Below are positions 1 to 13,621 of a DNA stretch of 64,000 nt, piece after piece. Numbering within the stretch: the stretch's first letter is position 1; each line of letters starts with the position of its first letter. The stretch comes from Balanoglossus misakiensis (taxonomy: Eukaryota; Animalia; Hemichordata). A program made the translations under genes and the position numbers. Location of the stretch: contig CM082595.2 in the NCBI GenBank assembly GCA_040954595.2, positions 4,077,943-4,141,942 of the forward strand, written 5' to 3'. The notes beneath the pieces are model-generated. The model made no database searches. It had not been told where the DNA came from and saw nothing but the letters and a program-made list of their open reading frames with translations.

Positions 1-2990
1 CACACAGCCACCTACAACACTCCATGAAACGACCACTGGGGGTACAACATCTGCAAAAACTACAACATCGCCTACAACTTCAGGTGCAACAACACAAGTT
101 GCTACAAGTGACGTTGTGACCACTGTAGCCGACACAACTATTGGTAAAACAACTGCAAAAACCACACAGCCACCTACAACACTCCATGAAACGACCACCG
201 GGGGTACAACATCTGCAAAAACTACAACATCGCCTACAACTTCAGGTGCAACAACACAAGTTGCTACAAGTGACGTTGTGACCACTGCAGCCGACACAAC
301 CATTGGTAAAACTACTGCAAAAACCACACAGCCACCTACAACACTCCATGAAACGACCACTGGGGGTACAACATCTGCAAAAACTACAACATCGCCTACA
401 ACTTCAGGTGCAACAACACAAGTTGCTACAAGTGACGTTGTGACCACTGTAGCCGACACAACTATTGGTAAAACAACTGCAAAAACCACACAGCCACCTA
501 CAACACTCCATGAAACGACCACTGGGGGTACAACATCTGCAAAAACTACAACATCGCCTACAACTTCAGGTGCAACAACACAAGTTGCTACAAGTGACGT
601 TGTGACCACTGCAGCCGACACAACTATTGGTAAAACAACTGCAAAAACCACACAGCCACCTACAACACTCCATGAAACGACCACTGGGGGTACAACATCT
701 GCAAAAACTACAACATCGCCTACAACTTCAGGTGCAACAACACAAGTTGCTACAAGTGACGTTGTGACCACTGCAGCCGACACAACTATTGGTAAAACAA
801 CTGCAAAAACCACACAGCCACCTACAACACTCCATGAAACGACCACTGGGGGTACAACATCTGCAAAAACTACAACATCGCCTACAACTTCAGGTGCAAC
901 AACACAAGTTGCTACAAGTGACGTTGTGACCACTGTAGCCGACACAACTATTGGTAAAACAACTGCAAAAACCACACAGCCACCTACAACACTCCATGAA
1001 ACGACCACTGGGGGTACAACATCTGCAAAAACTACAACATCGCCTACAACTTCAGGTGCAACAACACAAGTTGCTACAAGTGACGTTGTGACCACTGTAG
1101 CCGACACAACTATTGGTAAAACAACTGCAAAAACCACACAGCCACCTACAACACTCCATGAAACGACCACTGGCGGTACAACATCTGCAAAAACTACAAC
1201 ATCGCCTACAACTTCAGGTGCAACAACACAAGTTGCTACAAGTGACGTTGTGACCACTGTAGCCGACACAACTATTGGTAAAACAACTGCAAAAACCACA
1301 CAGCCACCTACAACACTCCATGAAACGACCACTGGCGGTACAACATCTGCAAAAACTACAACATCGCCTACAACTTCAGGTGCAACAACACAAGTTGCTA
1401 CAAGTGACGTTGTGACCACTGTAGCCGACACAACTATTGGTAAAACTACTGCAAAAACCACACAGCCACCTACAACACTCCATGAAACGACCACTGGGGG
1501 TACAACATCTGCAAAAACTACAACATCGCCTACAACTTCAGGTGCAACAACACAAGTTGCTACAAGTGACGTTGTGACCACTGTAGCCGACACAACCATT
1601 GGTAAAACTACTGCAAAAACCACACAGCCACCTACAACACTCCATGAAACGACCACTGGGGGTACAACATCTGCAAAAACTACAACATCGCCTACAACTT
1701 CAGGTGCAACAACACAAGTTGCTACAAGTGACGTTGTGACCACTGTAGCCGACACAACTATTGGTAAAACAACTGCAAAAACCACACAGCCACCTACAAC
1801 ACTCCATGAAACGACCACTGGGGGTACAACATCTGCAAAAACTACAACATCGCCTACAACTTCAGGTGCAACAACACAAGTTGCTACAAGTGACGTTGTG
1901 ACCACTGTAGCCGACACAACTATTGGTAAAACAACTGCAAAAACCACACAGCCACCTACAACACTCCATGAAACGACCACTGGGGGTACAACATCTGCAA
2001 AAACTACAACATCGCCTACAACTTCAGGTGCAACAACACAAGTTGCTACAAGTGACGTTGTGACCACTGTAGCCGACACAACTATTGGTAAAACAACTGC
2101 AAAAACCACACAGCCACCTACAACACTCCATGAAACGACCACTGGGGGTACAACATCTGCAAAAACTACAACATCGCCTACAACTTCAGGTGCAACAACA
2201 CAAGTTGCTACAAGTGACGTTGTGACCACTGTAGCCGACACAACCATTGGTAAAACAACTGCAAAAACCACACAGCCACCTACAACACTCCATGAAACGA
2301 CCACTGGGGGTACAACATCTGCAAAAACTACAACATCGCCTACAACTTCAGGTGCAACAACACAAGTTGCTACAAGTGACGTTGTGACCACTGTAGCCGA
2401 CACAACTATTGGTAAAACAACTGCAAAAACCACACAGCCACCTACAACACTCCATGAAACGACCACTGGGGGTACAACATCTGCAAAAACTACAACATCG
2501 CCTACAACTTCAGGTGCAACAACACAAGTTGCTACAAGTGACGTTGTGACCACTGTAGCCGACACAACTATTGGTAAAACAACTGCAAAAACCACACAGC
2601 CACCTACAACACTCCATGAAACGACCACTGGGGGTACAACATCTGCAAAAACTACAACATCGCCTACAACTTCAGGTGCAACAACACAAGTTGCTACAAG
2701 TGACGTTGTGACCACTGTAGCCGACACAACTATTGGTAAAACAACTGCAAAAACCACACAGCCACCTACAACACTCCATGAAACGACCACTGGGGGTACA
2801 ACATCTGCAAAAACTACAACATCGCCTACAACTTCAGGTGCAACAACACAAGTTGCTACAAGTGACGTTGTGACCACTGCAGCCGACACAACAATTGGTA
2901 AAACAACTGCAAAAACCACACAGCCACCTACAACACTCCATGAAACGACCACTGGGGGTACAACATCTGCAAAATTTACAACATCGCCTA
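1..2990 (+). repeat. Coding tandem repeat, 162-bp (54-aa) unit, about 18 near-identical copies within the window
   Basis: Unit TTVADTTIGKTTAKTTQPPTTLHETTTGGTTSAKTTTSPTTSGATTQVATSDVV; the sequence at 1 recurs at 1621 (10 x 162). Confidence 0.97.
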
Positions 2991-5900
2991 AAACTACAGG
3001 TGCAACAACTCAATGTACTACAACAAACCCAGAAGTGTCCACTGAAGGTGCTTCGTCTGCTATAACTACATCAGGACCTACAAGTGCAGGTTCCACAACA
3101 CAATGTACTAAAAGTCCGGTTGTTACTGCTGCAGCTGACACAACCATTGATACGACAGCTGCACAAACTGCACAGCCATCTACAATAAGTCCAGAAGTGT
3201 CCACTGAAGGTGCTTCATCTGCTATAACTACAGCAGAACCTTCAACTGAAGCTGCCACGACACAAACCATTACAGGTCCGGCTGTGGCCACTTCAGATGG
3301 TACAACCATTCAGCTTGATATAACAGCCCAGAGCACAACAAAGGAAAAAGTCACAACAGCTGCTGGCACTACCAGGAAAACTACTGCATCACCTACAACT
3401 GTGGCTGATCAAACAAGTAACATAGTCACAACAGCTCAGAAAGAAACTACTACGGCTGGCACGACAAGTAAAACAACGGTGGCTGGCACAACAAAGGAAA
3501 AAGTCACAACAGCTGCTGGCACTACCAGGAAAACTACAGCAGCACCCACTACAGTGGCTGATAAAACAAGTAAAATAGCCACAACAACTCAGAAAGAAAC
3601 TACTACGGCTGGCACGACAAGTAAAACAACGGTGGCTGGCACAACAAAGGAAAAAGTCACAACAGCTGCTGGCACTACCAGGAAAACTACAGCAGCACCC
3701 ACTACAGTGGCTGATAAAACAAGTAAAATAGCCACAACAACTCAGAAAGAAACTACTACGGCTGGCACGACAAGTAAAACAACGGTGGCTGGCACAACAA
3801 AGGAAAAAGTCACAACAGCTGCTGGCACTACCAGGAAAACTACAGCAGCACCCACTACAGTGGCTGATAAAACAAGTAAAATAGCCACAACAACTCAGAA
3901 AGAAACTACTACGGCTGGCACGACAAGTAAAACAACGGTGGCTGGCACAACAAAGGAAAAAGTCACAACAGCTGCTGGCACTACCAGGAAAACTACAGCA
4001 GCACCCACTACAGTGGCTGATAAAACAAGTAAAATAGCCACAACAACTCAGAAAGAAACTACTATGGCTGGCACGACAAGTAAAACAACGGTGGCTGGCA
4101 CAACAAAGGAAAAAGTCACAACAGCTGCTGGCACTACCAGGAAAACTACAGCAGCACCCACTACAGTGGCTGATAAAACAAGTAAAATAGCCACAACAAC
4201 TCAGAAAGAAACTACTACGGCTGGCACGACAAGTAAAACAACGGTGGCTGGCACAACAAAGGAAAAAGTCACAACAGCTGCTGGCACTACCAGGAAAACT
4301 ACAGCAGCACCCACTACAGTGGCTGATAAAACAAGTAAAATAGCCACAACAACTCAGAAAGAAACTACTACGGCTGGCACGACAAGTAAAACAACGGTGG
4401 CTGGCACAACAAAGGAAAAAGTCACAACAGCTGCTGGCACTACCAGGAAAACTACAGCAGCACCCACTACAGTGGCTGAGAAAACGACTCAAATAGTCAC
4501 AACAACTAAAAAAACAACCCAAAAGACAACGACAGAACATACCACACAGCAAAGCACGACCACGGTAAAGACAACTTCCGACAGGGCCACAACAAGGGCT
4601 GCAACAACCGTAACTGAATGCAAAGAGCAAGACTTCATTTGTCTGGTACATATAATAAGTCGACGATTCAAATTGACATTCCTAATTAAGGGCAAAGTTT
4701 GGGACGACAGACTTGCGGATGGTGATACGTGCTTCTACAAATCCACAGCTGACAATATAGGGAAAGCAGTAAGTAACGTGATTCACTATTCACAAGTAAT
4801 TTTACCAGTAACAGTATGTACAATTGCGTACGTATTAATGTATGAGGAAGTGTCTTATTCAATTTTATGAAATTCATATAAACGTCCTTCTTGAAACATA
4901 TTGCAAGCATGGACATCTACTGCAAATTACGCCATAAAATTATGACGTCATAAAATTATAAAACACTTATAATACAGCAAGATATGAGCAAAGCTGCACA
5001 ATATGTGTAATACACATCGATGACTGATTAAATACACATAAGTACAAGGCTGGGATAAATAAGCACGAGACACAAGGGACACCCAATGTGGGTGCTTTTC
5101 CAAGTGATAATGTCCCACATTATGTGAAGATTAATAGCTGGATGCAGAAGTAAACTGTTTCCTAGTGTAAGTGTGATGACACTGAAAATTTCTAACTTTT
5201 CAATGCATACCTCTTTCAGCTTATAACCGTGTTTGATTATGGAAGTCTTAGGGGATTCATTGCATGCTTCTACGTCAACAAATTCACGTAAGTACCATCT
5301 GATATGAAATTACAGATTCTTCAAGCAGTAAAGTATTATATGGCAGTACTTTCACAAGCAAAGCAAATATCGACATTTGCATACGTATTCGTTGAAATTA
5401 CGACAGAGTTATTTGAAGATTGATCACAGAGTTACTTAAAGATCTTATGCAAGGAGTGACAAGTTATAAATATTTACCATGTATTTGCTCTGTGTTCCTT
5501 TTAGGGAAACGACTCGCCAGAGGAGGCAGGCTATACTTGAAGACGATTATACAGGCCCGCTTATACAGGTCGAAGTAGAAATACCTATACCATTGAACGA
5601 AACAGAGATTACCTATATAGACGTCCAAGAAGAATTTATTGCAGGCGTGGAAAATACAAATGCCTTCTATAACTACACTGATGGGCAGGAAGAAGTCGTT
5701 CTTAACAGCACGGTGGTCGAGGACATAGGTACGTTGGATGATGCAATCGTGGGAAGGTTAAGAGTGACATTTTGTGAAATGGTAACCCGTGAAAACGCAC
5801 GAGGACAATATATGGAACGACACTGAACCCAGACGAGTATATCATCAATGCTGTGTGCAGTGACTGGTCCCCCCCAGACATGATCCAGTAGCAAAGTTCT

Positions 5901-7281
5901 ATTATTGATTCGTTTTTGCCAAATGTATCCAAGCTGAATTCTTTTGGAGAGGTGAATTGTTTACATGTTGGTCCTATCATTAGCTGAAATCAGAATATAA
6001 ATATACATACATGTACGAGCATAAATTCAAAGTCGAAATGTTTCTCTTATTTTGTGGAACAGGAATCGCTACGTTGGCTCCAACAACTCCGGACACAACA
6101 ACAGGTAAGAATACCTAGTATACATGTATTGTATATAAAAGACTTGTTGCCTATTTCTTGCTACGTATTATGGTTACGCAAATATCATACTACTTTTAAA
6201 ACGAGAAATAGACGTTTTAATCTTTCAGGTACCGATTTTCATTTCTCTCACTCAGTCATTGTTCCATATGCTTAATGTGCACTAGTGTAGTTATTATATA
6301 TCTCTTCATTGCAGAGAGTTCCAGACAGTTGGTTATTTTGGCGGCAACACTTGGAACTACGGCGTTTATCTTGCTGATAGCTCTGTGCATATTCTGCTAC
6401 GCTTTCTGTCGAGCGATGAGGCGACAGCGACAGAGGAAGGAGCGCAGATACCTAACGCCCGCGGACAGAGACATGCCCTACACGGTGACAAGACCGCTGG
6501 GTCTCGAGCGCCCTCAGAACGATTGGGGCTTCAACTCGGACGTGGAATCCGTCAGCGACGCCAGCGTGAGCAACGGTGAATCCACTATAAAGATGGACAA
6601 CCGCATGCGCCATCTTGCGAAGGTTATGAGTGCGGCTCCCGGAAACTATGTGAGTGAACCATATCCTATTATCAGTCGGTGACTTTCGCTTAGAGTGTGT
6701 TTTAGTCAATTGAAATGTTTTTCTGCCGAAGATAGTCTTCGGTTGTAATCATTTCCTTTCACTCATCAAGCAATACGCAGTATGTCCACACCTGGCTACA
6801 ACTGTGGTAGTCCTAAGCTTCTGGTTCGCTCACGATGAACGTACCCATGTTTGCCATTCCTGTGGGCACCTCAAGTTTGACATTAATTCGTAATCTTCAG
6901 CAGTACGAAAATCACCTTATACACATAGTTCTTCATTTGTAGTTGACATGCCTCTATTCACTTCCAGGAACACATGCGGGCAAAACCACCAAGGCTTGAA
7001 TATGGTCAACCTTACGAATCAATGTATGGAGCTGGAGCTGATCATGGCTTCATGAGACCATACGTTGCAACTGGCTCTGAGGTAATGTGAGAACTGCTTG
7101 TATTCTGCAAGAACACTTTGTTCTCAATGTCTTATCTGGATCTGACCTCAAATGTATTTCTCTATCAAAGGATAAAGCTGGTAAGAATTGATGCGAGTCT
7201 GATTTTCATTTGTCAGATTCAGAATGTTGGTTTACAATCCTTGCATGTTTTTTACAGGCATCAGCGAAATACTCGGACTGA
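1..7281 (+). CDS. Membrane-tethered Thr-rich mucin with SEA-like domain, TM helix and cytoplasmic tail (5' part lies outside the window)
   Basis: Open frame from the window start to a GT donor after 4768. Further phase-consistent exons at about 5220-5287, 5505-5728, 6064-6103, 6315-6649 (TM: LVILAATLGTTAFILLIALCIFCYAFC then RAMRRQRQRK), ~6968-7081 and 7258-7281 (ASAKYSD*). SEA-like segment FKLTFLIKGKVWDDRLADGDTCFYKSTADNIGKALITVF...YVNKFT...LIQVEVEI. Confidence 0.85.
3335..4480 (+). repeat. Coding tandem repeat, 153-bp (51-aa) unit, about 7.5 copies
   Basis: Unit TTKEKVTTAAGTTRKTTAAPTTVADKTSKIATTTQKETTTAGTTSKTTVAG; period 153 (3481 to 3634). Confidence 0.95.
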
Positions 7282-10058
7282 TCCACCCACCAAACGAACT
7301 ACGTAAGCAGCTGTAACCCTGTGAGGCTCGGGACCTTGCTCCATAAATCGGTCAACACGCAGCCGTGATGGATATGGAAATTCCGTTCTATGCATGAATC
7401 CCGGTTGCCATTGTAATTCCGCCTGCTTCGTTTGTTAATCTTGTATGGGGACATATATGCCGATAATTGGCTTTGAACAGTACTAGAGTGCGCTACTATA
7501 AGGAGTGTCACTCGAACTGAATGATGTGATTGGGATAAAACGTTAACAGTTTATTATTTTGTAAATGATTGTAAGTGAAACTTAATATGCTTGGGAACAC
7601 GACTGTTAAGGTCTTATTTTTTATATTTAAATGTATTCATAAAACAGATCAAAAACAAAATACTGTTTTGGTAATATTATATTAATTTACACTAATTTAT
7701 CTTTTACTTTTCACTTTTCGAAAAGAAAACAATAAAAAATGCCTTGATCAAACTATTTTTTTTTCTAAAATTTGGTTTTGGTAAATTTGTCGAGCATTTA
7801 GATGTACAAAAATTGTATGTTTGTACGGGATATATACACACGTATAGGTCTACCACTGGTAATGTTTATCGATATGTTGGATTGCCTACTGCCTTAAAAT
7901 TGTATTAATCAGACGTAACTTTCCTGTTTCCCCGATGTTATTGTATCTTCACTGCGAGACGAACATCCTTAGCAATATGTCAACAGCATTTGTAATATAT
8001 ATGGTTGGAATTATCTAAGATTATCCTAATTTAGTGGTCCTGGTTGAAAGAGTGTTACAAGGCGACACTCAAAATTAAACAGTCTTCGTCACTTGTACTG
8101 TTATTTACGAAAAAAGTAAGCATTGGGGTTTCTTTTCAGATTATTCATTAATACACGTGTCATCCCACAGTGACACAGTGGTACGGATGTCTGTTACTAT
8201 TTTAAGGTATAGCCGACCAGTCTTTGAACTGTAAGCATTAAGTTAAATTTAAATACTGCGGTATTGGACGATTTATCTGACAAGTATTTATATTATGTAG
8301 ATACAAGAATTCTAATCAATGAAAAATGGTTATTTTTTGTAATTGAATGACAATTCTGAAATTGCAACGCATTTTTGGTAGTCTTTCATTTTATTTAAAC
8401 ACGATGTATGGAAACATTTTTGTATTTATTTACTCTTTTACCGATATATTTACAGGTTAACCATATTTAAGAAAACAGCATTGTATATTATCCGCGAATC
8501 CTTATGACATGTCTGCCAGTGCTCTAATCCTGTCGCGTTGGTGCGCATGCGTTTACGAAATCCCATTCGGCAATCTTGGTTGCTTAATTAAACTGCTCCA
8601 CATGGGTGGTAACACAAGAAGCCAGATCGTCGAAAAAATTGGGAACCTACCAGCCAGCCCTTAGAGAGATTTTATGTAACCTTTTTTTTCGGTTCATGAA
8701 CAATCTGGGTGTAAGTATTACTAAATTCATACGATTCTATTCGCATTATTTTAGCATGACTAATCAACAGTATTATAATTGGAAAATGTGTATATGAAAC
8801 AAAGAAAATGTGTTGTAAACACGAGACGAATAAATGGCAATAAAATATTTTTATATTCATAAATGTGAGACCGCGTTAGTTGCAAGTTATTTTCGCACCC
8901 TTTCTGCATTTCATCATGTTATCACAAAGACACCCACGTGCGATGTAACACGTTGGGTATTGTTGGTGATCGTTATGTCCCCTTTTCTGAAATAATGAAT
9001 CCTTGAGATATTATAATTACAGTAAAATTAACATTACAATGCCACACTTAATTACGATGTCTGGGATATAAATTTGCATAATGAAGCGTGTTATCAGAGT
9101 AAACTCGGTTTAATCTATTTAGTTGATCACCGTCCACAGTAGATAACAAAGATGTAACTACATGTACTATAAACTATTTAAAACATCGGCTCATGTGTAT
9201 TTTGTTCTTTTTTACCTCATTCAAATTTTGCTGGGGCATAGATGGCAAAAATGCGCGTATAATGTGTTACAATAACAGAAAGATGTATAATTTTCATTTG
9301 TGAGAAATTTTGATATTTTCATAATGAGCGAGACACATAAATGAGCAGGTGTTTTAACAGTTAAGCAAGCACTTAATTAATGGTTGACCGAAGGACAAAT
9401 TACAATAGACTTTAATGAGGGCTAACGTCAATCTGTTACTTGTTTGCACGAAAACTACAACCATATGTTGCACACATTTTCATATATTAGAATCGTACAG
9501 ACGATTGCTGATTGGCACTATATACAGCTGCAATGATGATACAGCTGTTTGTCTGGTCAAAGTGTTTAAATACCGGCATTGCGTTCAGTCTGTTGCATGG
9601 TCACTGACCGCAATATCAGGTAAGTGTTTTTGCCTATCCAATATCTAAACTTGGTCTCAAAAGTACATTTGAGTGTATCTTGTGGTTAGCTAATAATACC
9701 AACTTCGAAGTTCCATAACTGGGATTCAGCCAGTAAGTGAAATGAGTCTTTTGCAAGCCCTACCATCGTTTAAGCGATTCTGCCAATCCTTCAGTTGGCG
9801 ATTTCAATGTACATGTACTAGCCCCACCCTTAAAGACAGTTGCGGGGGACGGGGTTGGGCGGCAAACATGCGACGGCGAATTCGTGGTTCTAACTTTCCT
9901 ATATCGGTCTTTGAGCAAGCATGGCTTGGTGCAACAGGTTTTACATTGTTGCACAACGCGCATACTCAACACACACACACACACATCTCTGTAGGCCTAC
10001 AGCATCACAACCGACTGTTTTTCAATGATCTCACAGATATCCAAGTTCGAGTAACAAG

Positions 10059-13000
10059 ATGAAGATAATTTGTTTTTTTCTGATAGCTTTGAGTCTCAAA
10101 GGCGTTCAAGGTAAGAGTCATACCCGTATTAATGGTTCGATGCAAAATTGACGTTTTGGTGATGACATTCAGAAACTAACTCTGACCGTGTATACAGCAG
10201 ACGCTTTTATCTATCTGCAAATGACATCTGCAAAATTCATCTGTTAAAACATATTATACAACAGAGTTGTGTTGGAATGCTTTGATTCCAGTCATGCTTT
10301 TGTCCAGGTTATCTTGCACGACTGGTACCTAATGTCAATCCGCTACATATTGTAGGTACTATGTCTGGCCAAAATACATTTCCCAGGTTAAAGACAGGCT
10401 CATCCAAGAATGCAAACTACACATAATTCTTTCAAATTTCGATTTCGGTAGGATTAGAGAACCTTGGATGCTGGGGAGACACAGCGATCAGGGCCATACC
10501 GACCTTGGAAGGCCAAGATGCCAGACTAGATGGCGCATACTGGACAAGAAGTGACCCGATAAATAAGTGCAAGGCAGCTGCCGAGTCTCGGGGATTCACA
10601 ATCTTTGCTGTGCAGAACGGAGGATGGTGCGCTTCCAGCGCAGATGCCGAACACACGTACCAAAAGTATGGTGGATCCGGGAACTGTGCAGGCGACGGTG
10701 AAGGAGGACCCTGGGCCAATGAAGTCTACAGAATAGGGGGTGCAGAAGAGCCGGGTAATAAGTTTGTGTTGTTCACTATTATAGTAGACTTACATGGTGA
10801 AAAGAGGGCGTCTAACTTGATTGGTAAACCTTTACTGTGTATTTTTAGAAACCCAATTGACGGACCTGGGATGCTGGAAAGACACGGTGTTCAGAGCAAT
10901 ACCAACATTGGAAGGCCAAGATGCCAGACTAGATGGCGCGTACTGGACAAGAAGTGACCCAATAAATAAGTGCAGGGCAGCCACTGAGTCTCGTGGATTC
11001 ACAATCTTTGCTGTGCAGAACGGAGGATGGTGCGCTTCCAGCGCAGATGCCGAACACACCTACCAAAAGTATGGTGGATCCGGGAACTGTGCAGGCGACG
11101 GTGAAGGAGGACCCTGGGCCAATCAGGTCTACAGAATAGGGGGTGCAGAAGAGCCGGGTAATAAGTTTGTGTTGTTCACTATTATAGTAGACTTACACTA
11201 TCAAAAGGGCGTCTAACTTGATTGGTAAACCTTGACTGTGCATTTTAGAAACCCAATTGACGGACCTGGGATGCTGGAAGGACACAGTGTTCAGAGCGAT
11301 ACCAACATTGGAAGGTCAGGACGCCAGATTAGATGGTGCCTACTGGACCAGAAGCGATCCTATCAGCAAATGTAAGGCCGCCGCCGAATCTCGTGGATTC
11401 ACAATCTTTGCCGTGCAGAACGGAGGATGGTGTGCGTCTAGTGCCGATGCTGAAAGTACATATCAGAGATATGGTGGGGCCTCTAACTGTGGATCTGACG
11501 GTGAAGGAGGTGCCTGGGCCAACCACGTCTACAGAATAGTCGAAACTGGTAAGACTATTTGGCGTAATTTATAGTAATTTATTCATTAGTCTTGGAGTCT
11601 TGTCTCACAGACGGAATTTCACAACTAAATGTAAATTGATATTCCCCTCTCATTCAGCTCCACCAACGACCGAACCACCACCACCACCACCTCCTCCAAC
11701 CACCGAACCACCACCTCCTCCAACGACCGAACCACCACCGCCTCCAACCACGGCAGCACCACCACCACCACCACCGCCGCCACCACCACCACCAACGACA
11801 GAAGCTCCAGTTGTTGGTAATAACATTATGTCATTTTGCTGTACAGCTTTGGTGCATTTCTTCTCATTTACCTTTTACCTAGCATTGATAGCGTTGTTGT
11901 TAGGTCAAATACTCAGTCTTTGGGCTTGGACTTCAATAGTGTACTACCATGCTCCCAAAGAGGTCCATTAATAACGTTAATTATATTTATGTATGGAGCT
12001 TTACCATCATCAAAATGATGTGCACAGAACCAATGTATTTTTAGCCAGTCACAGATGTTCACTTGCGCCACCGTGTATGGGCATATACATGTGTAGACTA
12101 GAGGTTTATGATTATATCAAAATACTGCATAATAATTAATCAAATACCTGTTCCCTCCAAACTGCAACTTGTGGCATGACAGAACCTGAGAGTAAGTATA
12201 CTTGGACAGTTGTTTTTGCATGGGATTGAGATGGGACATAAGGTTGCTTACAGAACTTGATTACCTACTTTGGGCCACACAGCTGGAAAGGGTTAACAGA
12301 TAGCATTGGATAATATAATCTTTAGTTGTCTTTTTGCATGCTGTCAGCGAGTCATGTATTAACGCTGTACTAACTTTTTTTACTTTTATTTTTTTATTTA
12401 GCTACACACATCCCAACGTTACCACGTGAGTATTAGTCCTGCTTGTATTATAACATTCCTGATAAAAGTCCATAATTTGAGTGTTGATAAGAACTGCGCC
12501 GTATGAATAGTCAAGTAACTTTTGCCATTTTTTTTTCATCCGGGCTGTTAGCCTGCGAGTATCCTGTACCACTTAGAAATGTAGCCCAGGGCAAATCGAC
12601 ATCCCAGACGTCGGATAAGCCCAGACAAAACGGAAGCTCAGAAAAGGCAGTGGACGGAAACAAGAACAGCAACCTGAAAACTGGAAAGTCTTGTACCTGG
12701 ACTGACAGGGAATGGCAGCCACGATGGGAAGTGGATTTGGGAGAGTCACATGATATATACGAGGTTGTGATAACCAACCGACAGGATTGCTGCAGTGAGT
12801 ATATACCAGTTTCTTTTTAAAGTCTAACTTGCTTGCCGGTTTGTCCGCTTACTTTCTTACTTCACCTTAAAATAGGACGCGGCTAGAACTATAATAATAC
12901 TGTACCATTATTTCATTCGCAGCTCATCGTCTAAAGAATGCTGAGATTCGTGTCGGTGACAGTAGCAATTTCGCCAACAACCCCGTTTGTGGCATGAGGG

Positions 13001-13143
13001 TTCTTGGCAAAATGGCCAGAGATGAGACAATTACCATCAGATGCGGTTGCGAGACTCCAATGCGAGGGCGCCACGTGTCCATTCAACTCGTTGACAGGGA
13101 GCAGATGATGCACCTCTGCGAAGTTGAAGTCATGGCCGGTTAA
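10059..13143 (+). CDS. Secreted chimeric lectin: signal peptide + 3 WSC-like domains + Pro/Thr linker + F-type lectin (fucolectin/FTP) domain
   Basis: Exons 10059-10110 (MKIICFFLIALSLKGVQG), 10452-10754, 10849-11157, 11249-11548 (LGCWxD...C...A...GFTIFAVQNGGWC...C...GGPWANxVY), 11658-11816 (poly-Pro), 12402-12425, 12552-12794 and 12923-13143 (NVAQGKSTSQ...KAVDGN...CTWT...WEVDLG...TNRQDCCTHRLKNAEIRVG...LCEVEV*). Phases are consistent; AATAAA near 13280. Confidence 0.88.
10452..11548 (+). repeat. Tandem exon+intron triplication (~400-bp period) encoding the WSC-like domains
   Basis: Exons and the introns 10755-10848 and 11158-11248 are nearly identical at nucleotide level. Confidence 0.92.
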
Positions 13144-13621
13144 CAAATTGATGTCCGAGAGATACCCAGCAATTGTCTTACATGTGTCTAACATTTCTGA
13201 GTCATCAATAAGTACCATGCATGAAAATTGTCTGGTGACACTGTGGTTCGGAGATGTAACACTTAAATAACGTATTGCGAATAAAACACACATAACTGAT
13301 GAAACATTGTGTATCTAACTTTAAAAACTGGTATTTTCTCAAGTCTTCCTGTATATATAAATATGTCCCGGGCTAATCTTGAAGTGAATGCCACTTCACC
13401 CTCAACAGCAACCCTCTCCTTTGCCAAGCCTGCATAGTATAATCTAACACACGTATCAAATTAAAGCAAGCAAATGTACCTTATACTAAAATTTTGAACA
13501 TTCAACATATGTCAATTGACTGACAGCGTACGTGAGTCTCACTCACATGCATCTGGGATATTCAAAAGGATATGTTGGTTGGAGATCAGAACAGAAAAGT
13601 CAAGTGCGCTTAATATGGATA

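Noticed and set aside
1-4480. Regular repeats as a CRISPR-like array
   Set aside because: Units are contiguous, in-frame coding repeats with no unique spacers, in a eukaryotic gene.
3389-4651. 420-aa Cys-rich minus-strand ORF
   Set aside because: Antisense shadow of the ACA/ACT-rich mucin repeat (ACA reads as TGT); no independent gene signals.
11817-11971. Apparent TM helix after the poly-Pro stretch in ORF 11600-11971
   Set aside because: It lies beyond a GT donor at 11817 and is T-rich intron read-through; the spliced gene continues to the F-type lectin domain.
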